A DNA stretch of 64,000 bases from Podarcis erhardii (Eukaryota), in assembly GCA_964252035.1 (NCBI GenBank), contig OZ176207.1. The stretch is one strand, 5' to 3'. This document shows, piece by piece, positions 1 to 12,081 of this stretch. The translations under genes were made by a program, and so were the position numbers. The notes beneath the pieces were generated by a model. That model saw only the letters and a program-made list of their open reading frames with translations, ran no database searches and was not told the origin of the DNA. Within the stretch, counting starts at the first letter, position 1. Each line of letters starts with the position of its first letter.

Positions 1-99
1 AATTAAAAATAAAACAAAAACATATTTTGAAACACTTGGAAACATTTAAAACAGTCACGTACCTGCACAGCTAATTATGGGAATGCGTTTAGGAACGGA

Positions 100-430
100 A
101 TGTTGCATCCTTCAAATGCCTGGGAAAACAGAAATGTTTCTACAGTCTTCCTGAAAGTAAATAAGGAGGGAGACAGACACACATCTCACAGGGGGTGGGG
201 GTGGGGGTGGGGGTGGGGAGGGAGAGCGGCATTCCACAAATGGGGAACGGCCACCATAAAGACCTTCTCACATGTCGGTCCCCACTGGGCAGCACATAGC
301 AGCAGTCAGCACTGACTGTGCCATAAGGACAGATGCCTTTGGTCCCAGAGAAGGTAAAGGTGTTTGGAGACTTCTGCCCTACTTTTGCCTAGCACAGGGA
401 AAGAAAGCAGGCCTCCTGAAGAGAGATTAG
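100..430 (-). mobile_element. Old L2 3' ORF2 fragment
   Basis: gcattccacaaatggggaacggccaccataaagacc matches the reverse of the L2 RAFSVAAP-LWN motif; heavily decayed. Confidence 0.45.
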
Positions 431-974
431 TGCATGTGTGAAATAGAGAGAGAAAGAACATGCCGATAACAAGCATGCACCCAGTTATGGGAATGGGGTG
501 GGGGAAGCACCATATAGGCATTTTGAAACTAGAAATGAAGAAGCAACTCCTAATTTTCATTTGATGCATTCTCCCCCACCCCCCACCTCACTCCAAATTC
601 ACCACTTTGTCTCTGCAAGGCCTATATAACTGGAAACTTCTGAGGCAGGCCTCTTTGTAATCTAATTAGCATAGTCTGTTAAACCTTCTGTTTTCATTGT
701 TCCCAGAACCTGCAGATTCATCCAGCGTGGACATGCAGTATCTAGCATTTTAAAACTTGCTTGCTTTTACTTCTGTTTTTTCAGGTTCCCCAAAAGAACA
801 TCAAAATCTGATCTATGTAGTATGTTTAGCTAATTTGTCCAATTGTCATTGCTTTTGCTAGGTTTCATGCAGCCCATCAAGCAATTAGAATCAGCACAGT
901 TACACCCAGAACCGAGATAACCAGTCCTTTGGGATGGTCCTCTATTTGGAAAGGAAAAAGAACCGGGATCATAT

Positions 975-1184
975 TGTTTTGTTTCTACATTCATACAGTA
1001 TCCCGCTTTTCCTCAAAGGAGAAATAGGTGGAATACATGGTTCTTCCCTTCCCGGTTGCGTTCTCACAACAACCCTGGGAGGTAGGCTAGATTGAGAGAC
1101 TGTGACTCACTGGCCCAAGGTCACCCTGTGAGCTTCATAGGTGAGTGGGAATTTGAACCTTGATCTCCCAGATCCTAGTCCAAC
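975..1184 (-). mobile_element. CORE-type SINE (MIR/Squam3-like)
   Basis: ctcacaacaaccctgggaggtagg...ggcccaaggtcac...gggaatttgaacc (reverse B-box). Confidence 0.7.
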
Positions 1185-3178
1185 ATGATCAAGAAGTATT
1201 TATACCACTCGCCCCCAATTAGGGAAATTAAGGTTGAGGGCAGCACCCAGTAGATACTGATACTTTGAAAAGTTGCACAAAAGGGGACATCCCTCCAGGT
1301 ATTGCCTCTCTCACTACAGCACTATGACAGACAAGTTTCATCTGGTGGCTGTCAGCCTTCCACGAAACTTTTAAAGAAACAGAAGCCCTCTCAGGGTCTG
1401 GTTCTGTCAGCCCTAAATGAAATAGTGCACTGGGTAGGTTACTGGAGCTGATCTAATACGGTCATTGATGTTTATGCTTTCTAAAGGGCTAGAACTTCCT
1501 TTTTCAAAAATTTGCAATTCAGTGTGAACAGCTGTCACTGACATTTCAATCTTGCATTAATCAAAAACAGATGGAAAGCACAGCCCAAGGAGGCCGAAAT
1601 CCAGCCCCTCATTTTAAAGGGAGGTGGGGAAGCCAAGAGGGAGGCGAGTTGAAAAGTAGCCGCAAGATATTTCCCCCTTGCCCTGCAGTTGCAGAGCTGC
1701 CTTTGCCTCTCTCGGCTCCCTCTTCCTCTGCTCTCTTGTCACACCTGCCCTTCCCACCTCTGGAAAGCCGACAGCCGAGACAAAGGATGCGCTGCACAGA
1801 TGAAGCCATTCGGAGGAGCCCGGCTCTCGCAGCAACACGGGATAGTAATTTCACACGCAGTCTCTCATGTCCTGGCCAAACAGGCCTGCTTTAAAGAGAA
1901 GGGCCTTTTAAAATAAAACACAACCACCATTCCTTGAATATGCCGGTGTCTAATATATTCAGATTGGCACCTTTAAAAAGAAAACAACAACTCAGAGAAC
2001 TGAATTATTTTATAGGGTGCATTTTAAACCAGAAAAAAGCAAGCAAGCAAAGGATTACAAGCCTGAAAGACCCTGAAGAGGCAGGAGTGGCTATGCCAAC
2101 AGGGCCCATTTGTTGGGGGGAAGTGGTAGGAAAAGCCCCAGAGGCACAGCCAATGGCCCAGCCTCTCCCCGCCCCCCCCCCAAAAAAACGGCAAAGAAGG
2201 TGTTAAAAGGTTTAACAGCAGAGGCCACACAGCAAAGCAGAAGTTAGACCCAGCTGCACCCCTCCCCACCCCCCTCCCTGTCTTCCCTAACCCCTCTCTG
2301 CACAGGCCTGCATTACTCAAGTGCCTCTTTCACCCACTGTGTCCCTTGCCCCACTTGTGTGATGTAAAACAATTCTTTTGTTTCCTCTTTAAGACATTAG
2401 CCTCAGGGGCCATTATAGGAAAAGAAAGGTATCCGGGGCTCTTTTATCTGAAAGAATCCATTTAAGAGTTTCTGGCTGCCCAGAGATCAGCCTACACCCC
2501 CACCCCCACTCCCCAGCCCTCCTGTTCCTCAGTTATTTGCTTTACTCTGATGCTTCCAGCAGCCCCTCCGCCCCCAGCCAGCCCCTCCCCAACAAGCCCA
2601 CCACCAGCTGAGAGCGCACAGAAGAAGGCCAGCCTCCAACTGTAAAAAAACAACAACACATCAAGGGGCAATCTTCCTTTTTTAAAAAAACCAAACCACC
2701 ACCCAAAAAACTGGGGCTACCATCCTACACTCACTTGCATTGGAGTAAGCCCTGCTGAACTCAACAGGGGAGACCCAAGAAGAGCCCAGTTGCTGGATCC
2801 GGCCAATGGGCGATCTAGCTCAGCATCCTGCTCTCACAGCTGCCAACCGGATGCCCCTATGGGACGCCCGCAAGGAGGGCTCGAGGGCTTAGAATAGTGT
2901 GGTAAGCATGTTTTACAGTAACGCACCTTTATGGCCTTTTCTGCCCTTCCACCCCCCCCCCAAAAAAAACTTGCTAGTTGTTTTTGACGAATTAAATTTC
3001 ACACCTAAAAGGTTTTTCTCGAGAACTGTGAAGGCAAGAGCTTGAACTTAAAAGAAGGTTGTGTGTACGTTCTTTTTCCTCAGTTCTGATTGAGGTTGAT
3101 CTTCTCCTCGAAGCTGGGTTTTCGGGGGGGGGGGATGCATCAAAATGCAGCATTGGATTAAAAACAATAGGATAGGCA

Positions 3179-3595
3179 CAGGGCCGGATTTAGGTTTGAT
3201 GAGGCCCTAAGCTACTGAAGGTAATGGGGCCCTTTGTATGTCCAGCTGTCCCTTGTAAACAATAAATTGTCGCTGTTTTTGTGTTGAATATATACTATAT
3301 GATAATTTATGGACCTAATAGGTATCTAAAGCCATTTGCACATGCAGAATGTAGGCACCCTATATATAGAAATGAGCAAACCAGTGATATTTTAGGGAGC
3401 AGGCTAGCAGACGGGGCCCATTATTTACATCATAGGAGCCTACACAACACAACACAACACAAAACACTGTTGCTGTATGTAGGTTTTATTTTATTTACTT
3501 TTTATCTTATATTTTGGAAATGTACTCCAGGGGTTTTTTCCTTTAAATTTTGTGGGGCCCTAGGCTTGTTTCGCTTATATGTAAATCTGGCACTG
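3179..3595. mobile_element. hAT MITE
   Basis: TIR cagggccggattta / taaatctggcactg; 8-bp TSD gataggca / gataggcg. Confidence 0.85.
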
Positions 3596-4568
3596 GATAG
3601 GCGGGGATTGTGGCTAATGGCATGTATACACCCCCTCCCAAACCAGTTGTGGGATTGCACTGGATGCAGAGTAAGTAGGAACCAAATCCACGTTGACTGC
3701 TTGCCCTGCATGAGCTGTGTATGGTGTGTGTATGTTTTGGAATGGGGAAGTTTCTGCTACCTACAAAAGATCACACCCATCAAGGCTCTCCAAATCGATT
3801 AGAATCTCCACTTCATCCATGGCACTTTCGGTGCACCTACCAAGGCTTCCTGTCAATTCTAATTATTTTCTTCTAATAAAAATGGTTTTGCTTTTGGTGG
3901 GATTGTTTGTTTGGCGTGGGGTATCTGCTTTTTGGTCTATGTTTTATTTGTATTTGTAGCAAGGTATAGGTGTTTTGTTTGCCCTGAGCAGTTTTTCTTC
4001 TGTGAAATGGGTATTGCATGGTGCCCGCAACCATTTCTCAAATTTCCAAATGTGCCTCTGGGCCGAAAAAGGTTAGGGGCCACTGATCTAGAAGCATGAA
4101 TTTAAAAGTGGAGGGCTTTTCCAAATGGTTTTTATGCAGTGTTTTCAGTTTCAAAACATTACTACACTACTACTACAACATCTATCTATATTTCCTCTGG
4201 AGAGTCAAAGGCAATTTAGCTGATTCCTGACCTGAACTGGGGCATGCTGATTTAACTATCATAAAGACTCCACAGTCTCCATTGTGCCTCATTTACAAAA
4301 GGAAACATGGACCCTGGCTAAGCTTCTGGAACCCCTGGACTCTCAAACTGATCAGAGGTTGGAGTGGCGTGCAACACTCTTCTTATTAAGACCCTCTGGG
4401 TTGCAGCAGGGCCAGCTTGTGCCAAAAACGAGGGGTTTCCAAAGAGTGGATGATTGCCCAAGGATGGTAGAGCAGTCAGATGGAAGGGCGTCATGAGAAA
4501 CGGAGACATATCACAACACTGCCTAACCCTTCTACTGGAAATATATTGGGAAGGGACAGCAACAGATA

Positions 4569-4798
4569 CAGTGGTACCTTAATCAGTTCCGGAAGTCCGT
4601 TCTTAAACCAAAGCATTCTTAAACCAAGGTGTGCTTTCCCATAGCAGCGGGGGTCTCGATTTATAAATGGAACTCAACAGTAAGCGGAATATGTTCTGCT
4701 TCCAAGGCAAAGTTCACAAAACACCTACTTCCGGGTTTGCAGTGTTCTTAATCCAAGTTGTTCAAAAACTAAGATGTTCTTAAACAAAGGTACCACTG
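4569..4798. mobile_element. Tc1/mariner (Tigger-like) MITE
   Basis: TIR cagtggtacct / aggtaccactg; TA TSD. Confidence 0.85.
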
Positions 4799-5535
4799 TA
4801 CAAGAGAGAGGAAGAGGAGGCTTCTGAAACCACAATTTAAATATCAATATATAAAGTTGGTCATCATGCAAATTTTCTAGAACAAGTGGAACCTGCAACA
4901 AACAATTTGCAGCGTGGAGTGTTCCTGGTCAGGGTTCCTGCCAATCAGCCATGCCTTTTCCAACACACTCTCTGCCCCCCCCCCCCCCGCCGCCCTGCCC
5001 CTTGCCCATTAGCTTTCTTCTTTTCCCACCAACAGCATTCCTCAGCCACTAAGCATACTCATAAGGCTGGTGGTTTCTCAGCATTGTTTCCCCATCGCCA
5101 CCGCCGAAATATTTTTGTATTTCTGTAAACCTTGGGTTTCCTCCAAGCTTGTTCACGCCTTCTTTTCCTTTCTCAGTGGTCCTGTTTTGGCTGCATTGTG
5201 GTTGGCACTCAGCAGCACCTAAGCATACAAGCAACTCCCCATTGACATTCTGAGGCACCACACGTTTAAGTGAAATTGTGTTTTTTGGGAAGACCACCAA
5301 ACTCCACCACAATCGCTCTCTCCAAACCTCCTTGCTCAAACTCCAACTCGCCTCAAAGTTTGGTGCAAAGGCTCCTGGGACTGCACTTGCAAAGGTTTGT
5401 AGGATTGCTAGACACTATTGTTGCACAATTTTTGTCATTTTTGCACTCTCTTAGAGCTTAGGTGCGGCCGCACGTGCCTCAAACACACATAAGTGGGGAG
5501 TTGCCTATACTATTAGATATAGTGATATACATAAA

Positions 5536-5892
5536 AAAAGGTAAAGGACCCCTGACAGTTAAGTCCAGTGGCGAAAGACTCTGGGGTTGTGGTGCTCATC
5601 TCACTTTACTGGCTGAGGGAGCCGACATTTGTCCGCAGACAGTTTTTTGGGTCATGTGGCCAGCATGACTAAGCCGCTTCTGGCGAAACCGGAGCAGTGC
5701 ACGGAAACGCCGTTTAGCTTCCCGCCCGAGCAGTGCCTATTTATCTATTTGCACTTTGATGTGCTTTCGAACTGCTAGGTTGGCAGGAGCTGGGTCCGAA
5801 CAACCGGAGTTCACCCCATTGCGGGGATTCAAACCACCGACCTTCTGATCGGCAAGCCCTAGGCTCTGTGGTTTAGACCACAGTGCCACCCA
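5536..5892 (-). mobile_element. Sauria SINE (Squam1)
   Basis: tRNA-derived head with B-box, same body as the other copies, (ACCTTT) tail; head slightly truncated. Confidence 0.9.
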
Positions 5893-7712
5893 CTAATTAT
5901 AATCCAACCATTTTTTTTATAGACAAAACAATTCCCCACCCCATCCCCCACAGTGGCATTTATCTTTGGCAGTGGAAAGGGGGAAGGATCTGGTCATGGA
6001 TCCCCCAGAGTCACATCGAGTTAACGCTGAGTTTCTCAATCAACTATATTCAGCGCACTTCTCTGTGCTAGATTGTTGCTGCTCTCTCACCCTAATGGGA
6101 CAACAAAAGACTTTTGTTAAATTCATTCGAAAACTCTCAGGGAAGCAAATTTTGGGACAAACCATGCGAATAATCGGAGCGAGGATTGTTTTTTTTTCCT
6201 GGAGCCTTAACAAGTAGCCCCAAAATGCGCTGAGTGCCTGCGATCACTGCATTGTCATTCCTCCTTGTCAAGGAGCAAGGGATCACCTCCTACTACAGCT
6301 TTGACTTGTGGGCCTGAAGGGAAAGGGAAGGGAGGGGCGGAGAAACGATTTTGAGCCATCAGAGTTTGCATTGGTCTCAGGGGAAGCCCGGAGCGCTGTA
6401 GTCTGCGCACTCCTTTTTGATGTGGTTGCTCAAAGAAAAGGATGCTGGAGGGGGAGGGGCCCCTGCCTCCTCTTCTGTACAAAATTCTGCTGTGCTGCTC
6501 CTCAAAGAAATGGGGCTCCATCCTGCTAAAATAAAGAAAGGTGTGAGAAAGCAGCAGGGCAGGGAATTTTGAGGGCTGTTTCCCCACTGATGGTGTTCTA
6601 AGGCGCAACATTCTCTCTCCGCACATGAGACCAGTCTCCTTGTCGCTGTGAGCTGCTTAGGTCAAGTTCATTTTGCGCTCTCTCTCTCTCTCTCTCTCGC
6701 CAGCAATATGAACGCTTTCCTCACCCAGCATATACTGGGCTACACGTGTACCCCGCCAAATCCACTGACACAGATACGCTAGGCCGCAGGCAAAGGGAAA
6801 AGAATGGATTGGCCTTCTTTGGCCCTGGGACAGAGAGTGGGGGGAGGACACCGTGTGCATTTAAGGGACAATGTCACTTTCCTCTTAGTCAAGACTCTTT
6901 GTCAATTGCTGGGGAAATAATTGACCTCAAGCTACTTCAGTCACAACCAATAGAAAAATGGAACAGTGATGAGTCCAGCTGTTCGGCAGAAATCAGACAA
7001 GAGGAGTGAAAACAAAAGGTAGCAGGAACAGAGCTGACATAGAAAATATTTAAAGCTTCATGTTGAAATTCTTTGCCAGCTCAGGAAGTTTGCTCCAAAG
7101 GGCAGAGATATTTGAGGTGACACATCCTAAAATATTGACCTCCCGTAAAAATACAGACAGCCCCCCCCCCTTTTGCCTATACACTTGAAACACAATATTA
7201 AAGATTGCTGAAGATACCAGGAAAGAGTGTATAAAGGGCCATCTGTAACATGGGCACTTTGTATACATTCATTTGTGCAGGTAAGTTCCATATAAACCCA
7301 TCTGATTATCTGTGATTCATGTTTGTTCTTGAGAGTCAAAGGGATTTGATATATTAAAACTTCCACTGTGTGGTGCTAAATACAGAGAATTGCGAATATT
7401 AAAAGAATTATTCCTGATCTGCAGAATATGGCTGTCTGTATCCCCTTTAAGTTTGCTAAAGAATGGATGGATGAATAGACAGGGCAGGAAATCCCAAGGC
7501 ACCATTATGATTTTAAAGTGGTTTGTTAAAATATAAACATAAATCATATTCAAACTAAAAGATTCCCCATTTACAAAAGATGATTTCATGATCTTTTTGT
7601 AAAATGCAGAGCTATGGCAACTCAACCTGGGAAGCAGGCCAATTTGTATGGGTAGAAGGATTCATGTATCAATCATTCCCCAGCACAACATTCCACGTGC
7701 ATTAAGTAAGAG

Positions 7713-7847
7713 TAGCCTTCCTCGACTTTCGGTCCCCAGATGTTGTTGACTACAACCCCCATTAAACCCAAACAGCAAAGTCAATGGTCAGGATGCTGTG
7801 GGTTGTAGTCCAACAACATTTGAAGGCCCAAGGGTTGGGAAAAGCTG
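7713..7847. mobile_element. Degraded palindromic hAT MITE (similar to 38786-38921)
   Basis: gactacaacccccatt...gggttgtagtc fold-back core; ggttgggaaaagctg end. Confidence 0.6.
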
Positions 7848-7919
7848 ATACAAAGGTTGAAGCTGTCCCAGGTTAGCATGATGAGAACTCGGTAAGGTCC
7901 TTTTGGCTGTGTAGCTAAA

Positions 7920-8215
7920 ATGTCACACCATGTCTGGATGGATGGATGCAAGGAAGTGGTGAGAGGCACCAGCTGGGGAACCCCCAAAGGAACTCCTGGG
8001 GGAAGAAGGCTCAGAGCCTGGGGAGTGGTGGTGGGACAATGCTGAGTGGTCAGAGGGAGAAGAGGGAGAAGACTGGGAGCAGGAGCTGTCGGAAGCTGAA
8101 GAGGTAACAGGATTTCGTGAGCAGGAAAGGCTGTGACAGAGAGCAGCCCAGAATCAGAGGCAGAAGCAGAGGGTGGAGAGGAAGGTGGGGGAGCCAAGAG
8201 GCAGAGATCAAACTT
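7920..8215 (+). repeat. Possible LTR-like lacertid repeat fragment
   Basis: Starts TG; purine-rich ggcaccagctggggaacccccaa...gaagaaggctcagagcc...gagtggtcagagggagaagactggg block recalled from lacertid interspersed repeats; no TSD or CA end found. Confidence 0.35.
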
Positions 8216-11200
8216 CTGCTGCAACCAACTCCCTTCCCCCACACTCTGGAACACCTCCCTCTTGCCAAAAATTGGCAAGAGGGAGTTGTTCCAGCAGCAG
8301 CAATGCGGTGGGTGGGGAGCCACCTCCTGTGCTTTCTGAGTCAGCTGCTTCACATCACCTCATGGTTGGGTCGGCTCTGGGTGCAATTCCTACTGTAAAC
8401 GTAGCAAGCAGTGCAGGAAGGAATACTGTATCTCTTTCCTTTCCAGCCCAGGTCAGAATGGAAATCGTGCCTACTGTCCAGTATAGTTAGTTGTTTTAGG
8501 CAGGGAGATCTATTGGTGCCGATGGGATTCTCCCCCTGCTAAGTTCCAAGCTGCCAGACTAGCATAATGTAATAAGTATTTGCCAAAGAAATACACTGAG
8601 CACTTACTACTGAGGCTTGCAGGCATCTTTGGGTGCTGCCTGTATATTTGTAAACAAGTGCAAATATGAAAAAGCATTCTCCTCCAAGTGCCCAAGGACC
8701 CCTTTCCAAGGGAACCCGCCTCGCTTGCAGGGGTTGGACTGGTCCCTTCCAATGCTATAATCGTATGATTCAAAGTGTAGAGAGTATGACAATAAATTAA
8801 CAACCAAACTGCAATGGAATAGAGGCTCAAGGCTAGAGGAGAGCAGGCGGGAGGCCAGGGACTCATGCATTAGCAGATATGCTACTAATGATACAAGTAG
8901 AAAACAATGTCACTGTCCCCAGTTCCTCTTTCCTGCCATATGCCCTGTTTTGCCAGGAAGTGTGGAAAACATCATTGGAGGGGAAAGTGAGAGTGGGAGA
9001 GACTTTTTCAGTGGCTAGGCTTCCAAAGATCCCCAAGAAACAGTATCTGTCTCAGCCAGCTGCTCAGTGACACATGACACATGCAAAGTACGGTGTTCTG
9101 GTCAGCTTGTCCCCCCTGCATCGCACTCTCCCCTGCTCTCATGTCACCTGATTAGATTGGGAACAATGCACAGCACTCCCCGTCACCAGCAGTAATGCTT
9201 GGAATACAGGGCTTTTCTATATTAAAAACGCCCTTATAGGCCAGGGAGCTAAACTAGAAATCTGTGGTGGTGCTACAGGTATGAACATCCACAGAAGGCG
9301 TCAAAACAACTCGTGCAATCCTATCCATTGTTCTTGGCCCATCTCCTCCCTCCTTTCGAATCAGCAGCAAGAAATGTGTCATTGAGTCGTGGAGAGGGGA
9401 GCAACGGGAAACTTTTAAAAGCTGTGAGAGCTTGGGATAGGATGTCCCCCCCCCCATATACACCCTTGTACCTGTGAAAATAATAGCTGCTGATAGACAG
9501 CAAGATCAACTTTACTGATGTGTACAGGGGTGCTTTCCCCCCAGACCGATCACTGAAAATATCAACACCTGATCTTTTCTTGATAGCACCAAAATTGCAC
9601 TCCATAATTATTTTCCAGGGCTTCAGGGCATTATCCTCTCCAGCAGGGGTGATTTAGCAATATCTGCAGAGCAGACAACCCCTTGCTACCAAGGAAATCA
9701 CCCTGGCTCTGTCCTCAGCCTGGCAATGGAACTTTAACACATGGTTCTGTTCCTCTCTGAGCTCCAGCGCAGGCTCCCGTTCAGAGCTGCTCTCTTGCTG
9801 TCCTCAGTCCCTGCAAGGCAGAACCAACTGCTTTTATAGGAGTTTTATCAAGCCTGAGTGAATAAAAATCCAACTGCACATGAAAAAGAAGGTGGGGGAG
9901 GGAAGGGTTGGAGCCAAAGCGTATGTGTCTGCTAGGAGACAAAAGACTGGAGATAGAACTGCTCACTGTACAATGCAGAGGGATGCATTTGTCAGGGTTT
10001 CCAGTGGAAAGTTTCCCAAGGATTTACAGCTCAACCATAAACCTGATCACTGGTGTGGAACTCGACCTATTGCGGCATGGGGACAAAGTTGTGACTTTAT
10101 TGTTTGGCCTCAAATTTAATTTAGCTATTTTAACCCTTCGGACCGTCAGGAAGAGTGTCTTTGCCCATGGCATTATGTGCCGAAATAATTAAGCTTGCTA
10201 GTGAATGGCAAAACTCCTCAAAGGAAACAGAAGAAAGGCCCAAATTGCTTTGATACTATTGCACCTTGCCCTCAAGCACATACATTTATTGGGGCTTTAA
10301 AATCAAACTCCTGTGACAAACTTTACATACATGTGACATTAAAAATATTAAGAGTGAATGTAGGCTTACCATTTGTCAGGAAAATTACTGACAGGTCCTG
10401 GTTTTCGGGTGTAAAAATGGCGCCAGGGGGAATTTTGATGAATTGGCAAATGTCAGGGACAACCCAGATATATGGCAACGCGATGGGGGAGGCTCAACAA
10501 TTTGAGTTTGTTCCCGAAAATAGCTCAGCAAGGTGGGTTTCTTTGTTTAAAAAGCCCAACAATTTTTGTGGTTGGGCAACCCTAGTTAATGACAGCCGGT
10601 GGACAGGATATATAGTTATGTCTGAAAGGTTCTCCCAAAGAACAAGTGTTGGCTTCCTGTTCCTCTGTGCCTCATGTTAGACAGAAAAACTGCTGTTTTC
10701 ATTGGATGGAATCAGCAGCCATTCTATTTCCCAGAATGCCTCACGTGTCAATCATTATCATAAGTATTATTATTATTATATTTTATTAGTATTATTATTC
10801 ATGTATGTGTCACTTGTCAAAAAGTTCCTAAGCAACAATAAAACACAACATGGGGAAAATATAAATATTAAAATATACTAAAATGTCACAGAACTCAGTC
10901 ACAAGGGAAGCAGATGCCAGATGCCTGAAAAATAGTGGTATAAAGTGGGAACATCCCAGCCCCCTTTCATTAAAATTGTTCCAGGAACTAAAACAAGCAA
11001 ATGCAATCGTCACAAATAGCAAAGCCCACAATGGGGCATGATACCAGGAAAAAGCAGAACTAAAGACTATGACCTCACAAGCTATTTTAAACCCTTTAAG
11101 AAGCGAGCAAGCTCACGGCCTGGACACAATGAAGGGTAAATAAAAATGGTGGTCACAGCCTGTACCATCAGCAAGGAGCAGTCAGGCGAAGCACCATTAG

Positions 11201-12025
11201 CACCTACGACTTTAACTAATGCAATGAAGGAAGAAATGACTCAACAATATATTAAAGCAAGTAAAAATGGACTGCTGGGCAACATTGCTAGAAATTAAGC
11301 TGAAAAACGTGCACATAGACATAATGCACTGAAGCTGCTGCCTCTGAAACACTGGAGAGAGTTGCACTTCATGATTATATATAAGGAAGCTAAATTTACA
11401 CTTGAAGAAGTCAGTCACAGATAGGGTCACCGCTCAACCACCAGCCAGAGCTGATACCTTAATGGCAAAATAAAAACCATAACTGCTATCAACAGGTATT
11501 GCAAAATTAAGTGGTTATGAAACATCATAAAATATGTTTAGGCATACATATATCACCAAACTTTAATATTCTACATACTGATAACAGTTATAAAGAGTAT
11601 TGAAGGTTTTATAGAAAAAGAAATATCAATGAAATGATCAAGAAAGGTTAATAAACATGAAAATTTTACAAAGATTACTTTTTTGTAATAACTCAAATAG
11701 TTTTGAAATAGTGGAATAACATGTTCTTCCATGTTCAACCATGGGCGTTATAACCCTGGAGTCCAATTCCTCATTTTCAGGGGTTGAGGGTGAGAACTCT
11801 GAAGGCCAGTCCTGGAACTGCTCCCAGATGCACCTGCTGGGCCAGTGACCTATGTGCCACTGCAGTCCTCTGACTTGGAGGGCTCTGTTGAAGAAGACAC
11901 AAGAAGACACTCTGTTTCAGGAGAAGGCTACTGGAGAAGTCTGGGCCCTTGACATAGAGCAGCAACTTTCAGCACAAGTGGTGCTAACAATTACACCGCA
12001 CCACCTGCTGCTGCTTCTGCTGCTA

Positions 12026-12081
12026 TTATTATATAAGGGCTCAGTTTCAGCTTTTATTATATAAGGGCTCAGTTTCAGCTT
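12026..12081. repeat. Perfect 28-bp tandem duplication
   Basis: ttattatataagggctcagtttcagctt repeated twice. Confidence 0.9.

Noticed and set aside
191-222. (GGGGGT)4 G-quadruplex motif
   Set aside because: Simple repeat expansion inside an old L2 remnant; such motifs are very common.
700-790. Plus-strand polypyrimidine-AG acceptor-like sites (also 17880-17910)
   Set aside because: No matching donor or exon pair identified; such signals are frequent by chance.
10195-10680. 161-aa ORF; likewise 16000..16482 (160 aa), 18659..19234 (191 aa) and 3281..3802 (173 aa)
   Set aside because: No recognisable domain, Cys/Trp-rich or low-complexity composition, no splice context; they overlap noncoding or MITE sequence.
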